64,000 nucleotides of DNA from the NCBI GenBank assembly GCA_029953675.1, contig JAMWBK010000002.1, positions 3,038,001-3,102,000 of the forward strand, read 5' to 3'. A program made the position numbers and the translations under genes. Every line of letters starts with the position of its first letter. Position 1 is the stretch's first letter. Below are positions 48,225 to 58,914 of the stretch, in pieces. The notes under the pieces are model-generated. The model saw only the letters and a program-made list of their open reading frames with translations. It did not search any database and was not told the DNA's origin. The DNA is from Rhodosorus marinus CCMP1338 (Eukaryota > Plantae > Rhodophyta).

Positions 48225-49194
48225 TCAGCTAAGTCTGGTTCAGTCAATTCAACTCGACTATCGTCCCTTTCGAACCCTTTTCTTAATATTCATCTCCACA
48301 CTGTCTCCCTCATCAGCAGTGGGAGAAGAACTCTTTGTCACCTTATCAATTCATATCTCATCGGCCGTACAAAAAAAATAGTATCTGTGCTGAACACAAC
48401 GTCCTCAAAAAGATACTTTTGATGTCTTTAAGATGAGGACTGACCTGGTCAGGATGAGTTCGTCGATTCGGGCTTTGAGAGGATGCCGATATCTCCCTCA
48501 TTAGCTACGGGAAGAAATTTGTCACCGTTCAAAAGATTCATACATCTGCAGTCTATTGAACAAGTCGGCTGAGTACATATAACGTCCTAGTCGGGTAAGA
48601 ATAGATTTTCTTGACGATGAGCGGTTCAGAGTGAGTTCGTCGATTCGTACTTTGACAAGATGCCGTTATCTCCCTCATTACCTACGGTAAGAGATTTGTC
48701 ACCTTTAAATGGAGTCATATATCTGCAGTCTACTGAACAAGTCGGCTGAATACACACAACATCCTGGTCGTAGAATAGATTTCTTGACGATGAGGACCGA
48801 GCCGTTCAGGGTGAGTTCGTCGATTCGGACTTTGAGAGGGTGCCGATATCTCCCTCATTAACTACGGTAAGAAATTCGTCACCGTTCAAAAGATTCATAC
48901 ATCTGCAGTCCATGAACAAGTCGGCTGAGTACACACAACGTCCTGATCGGGTAGGATAGATTTCTTGACGACGATGAGGACTGAGCCGTTCAGGATGAGT
49001 TCGTCGATTCGGACTTTGAGAAGGTGCCGATATCTCCCTCCGTGGCTACGGTAAAAGATTCGTCACCCCTCAACGGATTCATATATCTGCAGTCTATTGA
49101 ACATGTCTGTTGAGTACACACCACGTCCTGGTCAGATAGAATGTACTTTCCTGACGATGAGGACTGATCTATTCAGGGTGAGTTCGTCGATTAA
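48225..49194 (+). repeat. Tandem array B: 4 full units of 177-184 bp plus degenerate flanking units
   Basis: GAGTTCGTCGATT at 48456, 48633, 48813, 48997 and 49180; a degenerate unit upstream at about 48225-48430. Confidence 0.95.
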
Positions 49195-49855
49195 AAACTG
49201 CGAGAATAGTGCTGCTAATACACTCAATGACAAAATCTACCACATCTTCGCTCTCATCAACAGCTCCCGCTCCTCAATGTAGCCCCAATATATCCAACTC
49301 CACCCTTGGCCACCAACATCACTCACGAAAACTAATTTTAAAGCAAAAGCATCATCCCCCTCTCCAAATTGACTATAATACAATCATTATTAGTGATAAT
49401 GATTGTCCAACTAAGTTTGCGGTTTTTTAAATGTATTCTTCGGGCCGGGCCCCGCAGGGCCCACGGCAACTGTTACTCTGGACGTGGGGAAGCGCGGATT
49501 GGATCGACTTCTTATACCTCGAAGACGAGAAGAGGAAGCTAAGCTAGCGGCTCATTGATGATAGAGAAACTTCTTGAGGAAGGAGGGGTATGGTTGGGAG
49601 GAGGAGGAGCGGTGGAGTAGGAGTGATCTAGTACTTAGTTTGGATGGATGGTGTGGATATGAGAAGGTGATTTGGGGAGGAGTTGGAAGAAGGGTTTTTG
49701 TGTTTTGGTGATTGTTCGTGGAAGGTTTTTCTTGTTTGATGAGAGTTTGGTTGGGGATGGGGGGTTATGCGAGTTCTGAGTGATTTTGGGTGAAGAGGAG
49801 CTGTTTTTTTGGGGGGGGGGTAGGGCGGGTGGTTGATTTTGGTTTATTATTCGAG

Positions 49856-50753
49856 ATGTCTTGGAGAGGTGGAGGAGGCGGAGGTAGAGGCGGATTCCGA
49901 GGCGGTCGAGGTGGGGGTGGAGGTGGATTCCGTGGAGGTCGTGGTGGAGGTGGAGGTGGATTTCGAGGAGGTCGTGGTGGAGGTGGGTTTGGGGGTGGAT
50001 ATAGAGATGAAGGGCCGCCTGAGTATGTGGTTGAGATGGGGCAGTTTATGCACCCGTGCGAAGGGGAGATGATTTATCAGTCCACGAGCGAGAAGGTGCC
50101 GTATTTTAATGCGCCGATTTACCTGGAAAATAAGAGTCAGATTGGGAAGGTAGGCACACGAACGTTTCTGTTATTTGTCTTGATGGCTCTTTTCTCATAT
50201 CATTCACTTGAGAAGGCTACTGATGAGGTTACATGCACCCCCGCTCTTTTTTCTTCTTTTCTCTCATCGATCAAAGGTTGAAGAGATCCTCGGCCCAATC
50301 AACGGAGTTATGTTCTCCGTGAAACCATCAGAAGGAATCATAGCAACCAGCTTCAAGAATGGGGATAAGGTGTTCATCAATCCGGAAAAATTGCTTCCTC
50401 TCCAACGCTTCCTACCTCGACCCCCAGCCCCGAAGGGCAAAAAGGGTGCTGGTGGAGGCGGCAGAGGAGGACGAGGTGGTTTCCGAGGAGGTCGTGGCGG
50501 CGGACGGGGAGGTTTCGGCGGACGAGGAGGAGGGTTTGGTGGGGGACGAGGCGGGTTCAGAGGTCGAGGCGGATCTGGTGGATCTTTCCGTGGAGGCGGT
50601 CGAGGCGGTGGGGGAGGATTTCGAGGGTAAGTATTGGACAAGGGAGTCAGATTCCTTCCCCTGGAGGTCGACCCGAGAAATCTTCTGCGAAGTCTAATAG
50701 GCATTGACCGTTCACCGTTCGCTTTTCGCAGGGGAGGCTTCAAGGGCAGATAA
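49856..50753 (+). CDS. GAR1: H/ACA snoRNP subunit Gar1 (3 exons)
   Basis: RGG tracts flanking [20 protein letters not shown]...[19 protein letters not shown]|VEEILGPIN...[10 protein letters not shown]. Confidence 0.97.
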
Positions 50754-51035
50754 AGGAACCAGAACCACGGGATTCATCGATTTATTGCACACCTGCTTAA
50801 AAAATTAATCTTCCCCCGGGAGTAGTTATTTTAATTACCATCAACGTGCCCATGGTGTGAATCTAGAGGATGAGGAATCCATAGGCCTCGAATACTGACA
50901 GAAGAAGTGAAGCGGATAACAAAATGAATAGCTGAGGCTGAGCGGTTTTTCTTGCAGTTTTCCGTTGTCTGGAATTGATGAGAATCAACCCAGAAGATCC
51001 AAATTGTGCCAAAAACTAAAGTCGGCACTGCTCAC

Positions 51036-51462
51036 CTTGGTCTGCACCCACTGAGAATACTCCCTGCTCCTGTTAATCATCTCATCTATCCGATCTATCC
51101 GGACCAAGTCAAGGAAAACCAAAGCCCAAACTTGAGCACTTGCGAACACGGCGATGCCTAAAATACACCTCCAAACCGCTTACCAGTTTCAACTTCATCA
51201 ACGTGACTGTTAAATTGCTTCACAACGCACATTACCAGCGGACCGGCAACGACACCCGAGCAAAGAACAGAAACGAACAATTGAAAGCCAGAGTGTTTCA
51301 GAATCGAGTCCACAGAACCCTCTTAGACAACACGTTTCAACAAAGTAAAAAGCTAACCTGGCGCGTGTACTGAAAGTAGTAGCCCCTAGTCTCCTTCGGA
51401 AGCTTTCCTATATCCCTCAGCAGCTCCCTGTAGAGCTTTAGGATCCTAGTTTTGGTCTCCAT
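51036..51462 (-). CDS. LYR-motif (Complex1_LYR) protein, LYRM9-like; last exon uncertain
   Basis: Spliced METKTRILKLYRELLRDIGKLPKETRGYYFQYTRQ|QFNSHVDEVET|DRIDEMINRSREYSQWVQTK via GT-AG introns. Confidence 0.8.
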
Positions 51463-52293
51463 CACCTCGAAAGCCCCAGACCAGGCCCGTCTTCAACTCA
51501 CAACAGATTCTACACACCTTTCTCTTGTCAGCAACCTCCGTCAGCACGTCAGCAGGGCCTTCTCGTCAGACTTTTTCTCCAATACTGTGGAGTCAGTTAG
51601 AACGGTATCAGCGCCCTCTGATCATGAAAAAGATCCCAGCTTGACCTTTTGTTCCTCCAGATCTTCTACAAGAGCCTACAAATTAGCATTGACACATCTG
51701 AGATCCTGGCCAAGCTCAAAAGAAGAACGACTTGGTCGTAGTAAGAAACTAGCTCTTCCCTCTGCCTCTCAGCTGAAGAACCATACGGATCTCAAGACGA
51801 TATATTCAATGCGTGGTGGGAAAATGTACCCAAGGACCCTGAAGCTGTGAATGGATGATCCTGCTTGGAAGAGGGCTAGAAGTTTCACAAGACGACCTCT
51901 TATAAGCCTCACACATGCAGCAACTGAAGCTGTATTTACTCAGCGCTAGCCATTTCAGATAGACGCGCTAAGTCTCCGCTTAGCCTGCATGCTTTGATAA
52001 TCTTGGATCAGCAAGCCAGGGGAATCGACATGTCTGGAAGCGAACGCTCATCACACCGGGAGCTATCGGCAGTGAAACCGCGAGATATGCAAGAATCCAT
52101 TCCAGTACTGAAGCCAGACACCTTTGAGAGGCGACTGGATCGTCTGATCTGATATGTGCTTTATGGTTTGAAGAAGTTATCTAGCCGAACCTCATTCATG
52201 TTGAAACAAGCATGTTGGGGTCTGCGGAAACCACTTCTGAACACTTCTCGACTTGGTTCTCTAAACTGAAAGGGATATGACCTGCCTTCTCAC

Positions 52294-55137
52294 TCAGAAC
52301 GAGGTGTTCATGGTTATCTGACTCGCACTGCTCACTTTCCTTACTTGGGCACCCCTCTTCACCTCCTCAAGTGACCTTCTCTTGGTTTCAAACTTATGGA
52401 CGACGCTGAGATACGTCGTATGGCTCCAAGCCAGTGGGGAGACACTAAGCGGCTCGCCTGTGGTTGGGTGGACTTGCTCAGCAAGGATTCCACTCTCAAG
52501 CGCTGCGTGATCGACTACCCAGTTGAAAGCTTCACGAGCTTCGAGGAGGTCGGATTGTTTCTTAGCCATCCAGATATCGTACTCCGCAAGCCACAGGGTG
52601 CAAATAATCCACGGATTTCCAGTTATCCCGGGTTCATACTCGACATCAGATTGAAGCTGGAACTGATCGTCTTGATACCTGGCAACCCCTCCAACTCCTT
52701 TCTCGATCCACAACAGACGTCGAACAGCTTCCATCGTGCTCTCCACGTGCTTGAGGGGGAAGAGCGACTGGCGCCTAATGCAAATCGTCGAACGAGAAGG
52801 AAAACCTTAGACCCTGCCTGGCCGCCGGGGTGCCGCATTCTCCGATGTCATGAAAGCATTCTCTTACCCTTCAGGAAAGCCCATTTGAAACATAGCCGCT
52901 GACGCAGCATCGAGCACCCTATCGTCATCAACGAAGGGAGCGATCTCGTCGCCTTCTACGTGCCTCATTCGTGGCACCCAGCCACATTCCATCAATGGAA
53001 AGTACTCAGCAACGGCGTGCCGGATCTCATCCAGAGCTGATTCATATCGAAAGACTCTTGCAGGATCTTCAAATTGGTTGGCAAGCTTTGACGCCTCTGA
53101 AAGCGCAGCCCAGACACAAACGACAGTATGAAGATGGACGCCAAATCTCTCTTCCCTGTTTGGAAGCAATCCGTCAGAGAATACGGGGATATCCAATTCA
53201 GCGCTTCTCCTGCCCGAGGATGTGAGCTTTCTTTTGAGCGCCGTACCAGAGGTCTGTACTAGGTCGAGGAAGACCACAAGGAAGCCGCCATTCGCACATC
53301 CAGTCTGCAGCTGGGAAAACCAGATGTCTGACGATGTTCACCCGAGTTGAATCGAATTGCGGATGTAGATCGTGGTGTCGACCAACTGCCCAGAGCAAAA
53401 TTGCTGTTTCATCCTGCTGAATGGGTAGCGTTGGTCTCCCCGTCAACTGATCGATGCGTCCCATCCAACCCGATCCGACGCTGAAGAAACCAAACGTGGT
53501 GAGACTTCAGCGAACCCTATCATTGTCTACGGCTGCCGTTCTTGTGGTATGTAGAGAGCTTACGTTCCATCGCTGCAGTATTTCTGATAGAAGAAGGGCT
53601 TCTTCGCGTTCTCAACGATTCTTAGCCCGAATCGGAACAACCTCTCCGCAATCTCCGGGCACTTGTTCCGAGAAAGCGACTCGGCGCAAAGACCAGCATC
53701 GCGCATCCAGCAATAGCTGTAGGACTCTTTCTGTGTTCATCGAACGAATGGACAGAGCGGGTCAAGACCGGTCAGGGGCTTATTATACTTCGAGGCCTTT
53801 GGATGGCATCAGGAGCGAACGAGGTTGCCTACCTGATCCGCATGAACGCTCCAATCCACTGCAGCCAGAATCGCACCGCCGTTGTCGCAGTGTGTTCGAA
53901 CAACTAGCAAACTTCGGTTGTACAACCTCGAAGCTTCGGGTCTCAGATCTGCGGCGAAGCCAGCCTATTTACATGGCACAGGAGCACAGGACCAATGAGC
54001 GAATCTGGATCTTCGCGAGATGACAAAGTCTGTTTTAGCTACGTTTTCCAAACCTTGAGCCTTGAGGACATCCATCTCCTCCAGTGCTGTCTCGTTCGAT
54101 TTCTCAGGTTTGTTATTCCTCCAGTGGTGAGGGCGTCGTCGAGAGTTGCATTCAGCTCGTTCTCCGACCTTCCGAAGACGAGAACAAGAGATGCAGCTCT
54201 AGTTTTCGGATCAACGTTTATCTGAACAGCGGTTTCAACAGTTCCGTGTCTGACTGCGTCCTTGTCGAGGCGCCCGGTCTCGCACAGCCTCCGGACTAGG
54301 TCCTCTTCGGCCTGGTAAGGGTTTTTAAGCTGCCATAAGCATCGCTGGGGTTAGGTTCTGCTTTGCTCATGGACAGTTTCTTCTGGCAAGTTTGGACACT
54401 GGTGATCCGTACCCTCCATTTTACAGTATAGTCGTCGACGGCAAACTTTTCCAAAGATCCAGAAGAACCAGTGATAAGCATGTACCTGTCTCGATTGAAG
54501 CAGAGTACACCATTGATGTCTGGATCGTACGTCGCCGTGTTTCCTCCTTCACGGGCTCCCATACAAGGCGTTGCGAAGAAGAAGAGCTTTGCGACGAGCG
54601 GTCCAGTGCTGCGTAGCGCATCGTTGTCGTAGATTTTACACGTTCGTACAAATACAGGAAGCGTCGAGTCCACAAAATCCTCACATTCGACTGTGACCTT
54701 GATCGACGGAATCTCACAGCTCACTTTTCTATATGACGAGAGACCCAGAATTTAGTCACTAACATCGAGTGTCAAAGGCGCGATGCCGCCAATACATTTA
54801 GGGGGACGATCTTGTCTTACGTTACAAGCTCATTCTCTGCATAATCAAGAGTTCGCTTCACGTCGGGACCATCCAGCCACGCGAAACCCCGGGTCTCAAC
54901 GAAGACTCCTAAACGCCATCTTGCTCCTCCAGTATGATTGTCTGTGCCAACTCGCGGGTAGTAAACCTCTCCAAAACTTCAACGACAATCACAGATATCT
55001 TTAGATCCCCTTTAGTCTCGGAGAAGAAGTCAGGATCGTTTGCCATACCTGTAGTCCGTCCTGAAATTCACCAGGAGACAGGGACTGTCCGGATCGTCGT
55101 CTGAGGTCTGGTTTCCTACTGGTATATCTCTTGGCAT
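52294..55137 (-). CDS. Glycoside hydrolase family 15 (prokaryote-type glucoamylase), about 8 introns
   Basis: MPRDIPVGN...LLVNF; EVYYPRVGTDNH; NTATYDP; SYSYCWMRD; QQDETA; DLW|EERFGVH; GVARYQDD; GNPWIICTLWLAEY; LAEQVHP..GEPLSVSPLAWSH. Confidence 0.92.
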
Positions 55138-56090
55138 ATTTCAATCTGACCAAAAAGATCTAACTAGGCGTCTTCACCACACAAAAAAATGTGCATGTAG
55201 ATCTGATCTGAACGACGTGCAGTTCATCCACCGTTTCGATCAAAACCTCAAGCACTCAATCGCCGATATCGACAACCAATCGGGATGGATGGCAGGAACC
55301 CACATACCTGGGGCTAACTACCTCGGCCCCTCTCGGCGGTTGAGAACATAGTTTATTGAAGCCTGTACTCATAGCTTGAGTCTGGGCATTGTGAGGACCA
55401 ATTTGAACGGCGATGCTCTCGTGCTGGTTATCTCACTCAACCAATTTGACCAACCCACAGTCGGAACTGTCGATATTCGTCTCGGGGATTGAGTGCAGCT
55501 GTTCGGAAGGATTCTATCTCAGGCTCAACCGACTAGGACACTTCCAGACTATATATTGTGAGAAAGAGTGAGTTCATGTGAACTATGATGCTCAGATGAT
55601 TACTGCCGAGCTCAACTACTCCCTTCCGATCTGTCATGAACCCGGATTGCGCGCGATTGAGTGCGGGCATTCCGAAGGAGTCTGTTTCTGACAGAAGTGA
55701 CTAACACATACAAGATTTCAATCTTTTCCGTACCAAATGATAGTTATTATCCAGCTTGGAACGTTGTGAGAGGTCTCGATGAATCCTAACAACCCCCACG
55801 ACCGTCGACCCTTGTCCCACAGCGGCTTTCCATCATGTCCCAAAAAAGCTTGGACGAGATGGGGACAGCTGTCCGCACGGACCACAATGAAGAAGGCGAC
55901 TGACTTGAGGACTTCATCGATTTAGCTCTGTACGCAGACTGCCTGTCTGCGTAGACTGCCTGTCTGCGTACTAGATGAAGAGAAATGGGACTATCAACAG
56001 GTACTATAACGGTTCTGCTTGGACTCTCACTTGTTGTGATCACGGTGAGCTGGAAAGGTCTTAACGTTTGATGGCCCTTGTTTTTCATCT

Positions 56091-57258
56091 TTGCGGGTGA
56101 ATGCAGCACCCTGTTTCTTCCTTCTTAATGAGGCTGGTATTTTGCTGGTCTCCGCGGCTCAGGTCTTGTTGTTCAAATATTTTCTGCCATGGGTTAAGAG
56201 AAGACGAGCAAAGCTGTCTGCGATGCGTGCGAACGGGAGGAACATGCTTTTCTTCGAAAGCCTTGTCATGTTCGCTCCGCAGCTGATAGGAGGGAGCCTT
56301 CTCTCGTTCACTGTGCTGTCGATATCAGCTGTCACTGTTGGATACCTTGTTTATATTGAGCCAATGATTCTGCGCAGGAGGGTGGCTTCTCGCCTCTCCT
56401 TCGAATATTTGATGAGGGCGATCGCGGACGTATATTTGGTGTCAAATCTTTTCACGAATCTCGTGATGAGTGTTGTCACCTCCCCCGGGTTTGTGCCTGA
56501 CGATGGATACACCAACCCGGACCCCGAGGCAGATCTTCGAGACCAGGACTCATCCACAGCAGCCGCAGGAGTCGCAAGAACAGCGGAATGCAAGATATGT
56601 CGAGTTAATCGCCCTCCTCGATCCTTTCACTGTCCTTTCTGTGAACGATGCGTTATGCGAATGGATCACCACTGCATCTGGCTCAACCAGTGCGTTGGCA
56701 ATGGAAACTATCGATACTTTTTCTCCCTCTTGCTCTTCTTTGCTTTGGGTGCTCTTTACCTCTGCATGAACATGTTCGCGCTCTTCTCAGAGGTAATGAG
56801 AGACAGCCAAACTCCATAGGTTTGAAACGGACGCCCTTTTTGTTGAACTATGTGCGCACTACCTATCGTACCAGGTTGGCAACGCACTCCCAGCTTCAGA
56901 AGTTAGAAATTGTGAAGTACGTTCAGATGCTCAGCTCGTCGATCGGAAAACCTGTCTTGAAGTCGATGCCTCATGGTATGAGCAGAAACTGGTTGTCGTA
57001 ACCTTCCTGCTTGCATCAGTGAGTGGACCCTTTGTGTTTCTTCTGTTCTGTTTCCATCTGTACATATCAACTATGAATCTCTCAACGGTGGAGTTCGCAC
57101 GTGCCATGAGGACGAACAAGAGTCCCATTTGGAGCATTGGAGAGAGCAACACCAAAGCAGAAAACGTAGCTGAGCGGCTGGGGCTACCAGTAGGCCAACT
57201 TTGGTCAGTAGTATTATGGCAGAGGAGAACCCGCGCCATGTCTACGGAGGACGTCTAG
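56091..57258 (+). CDS. DHHC palmitoyltransferase (5' end uncertain)
   Basis: [44 protein letters not shown]; flanking TM segments; C-terminal MNLSTVE (TTxE-like). Confidence 0.92.
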
Positions 57259-57336
57259 AGTGTGGCGTCTTAGGAGGGTTTTGAAAGGGAGCTAGAGTTG
57301 CCGATCAATCCTGCCGGAGGTCGAACTTTTGCTCAT

Positions 57337-58206
57337 ATGGATTTGAGAAAGGCTCTGATAACCTGTCAGTCGTTGCCGCGAGGTGGCTGGCGGAGGTCAA
57401 TGAGTAGGCTTACTCATATTGGCAAGGATGGAAAGCCTCGAATGGTGGATGTGGGATCAAAGGCTGCATCGACTAGGACAGCTGTCGCGAGTGCAAAGGT
57501 GCTATTGGGTCCAGACGTATATAGGTTGGTAGAGGAGTCTGAATTTGGGTTTGGTCGTAAGTGAACAGCAGCCCGATCGAAGCCTGGTTTCTTTTATATA
57601 AGATTAGAGTGGGAGGCTGGATGCTATGTACAGTTTTTGGTCGCTCACACAAATTCGCAAACTCGCAAAATTCCGGCTTTTTAGAAATGAAGAAGGGATC
57701 GGTCCTTTCGACGGCGCAGCTGGCCGGAATCATCGGTGCTAAGAAGACGGCGGACTTGATTCCTCTTTGCCATCCAGTTCCTTTGACTCATGTTGGACTG
57801 GAGTTCGAGCTCTTGAAAGAAGACCATAGCTTGTCGATCGTGTCAAGCGCATCAACAGCGAATGTAAGGTCTACTCTCTCCAGCGCTGCATGCATCAGCA
57901 GCCACTCGCGTCAATGCCGGGAGGGTACTGCTAAAGAGCTCTTGTCATTCGCCGGCAGGCACAAACTGGTGTAGAAATGGAGGCCCTCTCTAGCGTCTCA
58001 ATTGCTGCTCTAACAGTATACGACATGTGTAAAGCAGCTAGCAAAGGCATCATCATATCTGATATCAAGTAAGGTGGTGTCTACGAGCTTCAAAATTTGC
58101 GGGGATCCATTGCCTATCTAATCGATTGCGTCGATCTTCTGGCATTGTCAGATTGCTTCGCAAAACTGGTGGCAAATCTGGTGACTACACAAGGACTAAC
58201 GATTGA
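57337..58206 (+). CDS. moaC: Cyclic pyranopterin monophosphate synthase (MoaC/CNX3), 4 exons
   Basis: [60 protein letters not shown]. Confidence 0.96.
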
Positions 58207-58449
58207 GCTAACATACCTAGTTCTCAGAGATTGGGGCCATTCACTGTTTCATTATACTCACTCTATCTTACAATTTATGGACAAGGGACTTCTAGGCGAG
58301 TAAAAACTTAGGAACTTACGAAAATTGAACTTAAAAACAAAAAAAGGAATCATGAAACAGGGCACATTTCTCTCGCGGAATTATATTACCGGAGCTCTCA
58401 CTCCAGCGTCTTAACGAAAGCTTCACAGATTAGGAGTATAGGGGCGTGA

Positions 58450-58914
58450 TCACTTGCCCCTCTTCATCTTAGGATCATCGCTCTTCAGGCTCAAGAACCG
58501 TCCACCCGCACCACGCTGACGATTCATTGCATGACGATGGCGTGACTCATGGATGTACTGCTTCCTGCGATTACGTGATGCATGCACATCCTCATCTCCG
58601 TATTTTCTCTTCCGAGCTTCCCTCCTCTTCAAAATACGGTGGTACTGCTTGGCATTGACATATACCGGCTGGTCATCTGCCGCTGGGGGTGTATAATACT
58701 GGGGCATCATGGTAACATGACTCGGGTGCATCACACCCACACCCCCAATTCCAGCTGTGTTAACGTATCCTCCCTGCATACCGGCTCCAACGTGAACTCC
58801 GTCCGCACCTCTTGCCTCCGCTCCCCCTGCAGCACCTCCAAGAACCCCCGACGGAATTTGACCAACGTTAACGAAAGTGCCTGCTTGCACTGAGTTCATT
58901 CTGTTCCAGAGCAC
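58450..58914 (-). CDS. NFYA: CCAAT-binding factor subunit NF-YA/HAP2 (5' exon may lie upstream)
   Basis: PVYVNAKQYHRILKRREAR...KQYIHESRHRHAMNRQRGAGGRFL. Confidence 0.95.
   Translation of the reverse strand: MLWNRMNSVQAGTFVNVGQIPSGVLGGAAGGAEARGADGVHVGAGMQGGYVNTAGIGGVGVMHPSHVTMMPQYYTPPAADDQPVYVNAKQYHRILKRREARKRKYGDEDVHASRNRRKQYIHESRHRHAMNRQRGAGGRFLSLKSDDPKMKRGK

Noticed and set aside
50149-50277. C/D-box snoRNA in GAR1 intron 1
   Set aside because: CTGATGA is present, but box spacing is too short and there is no terminal stem.
51463-51650. Three in-frame TGA codons linking an upstream exon-like segment to the LYR ORF (Sec/readthrough idea)
   Set aside because: No selenoprotein motif or SECIS was seen, frame agreement has a one-in-three chance, and the LYR protein is complete from its own ATG.
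55150-55780. Protein-like fragments (EIESFRTAALNPRDEYRQFRLWVGQIG) between GH15 and DHHC
   Set aside because: No consistent exon chain or family could be assembled by eye.
55936-55969. 17-bp tandem duplication AGACTGCCTGTCTGCGT x2
   Set aside because: Real, but an isolated slippage event upstream of the DHHC gene with no evident function.
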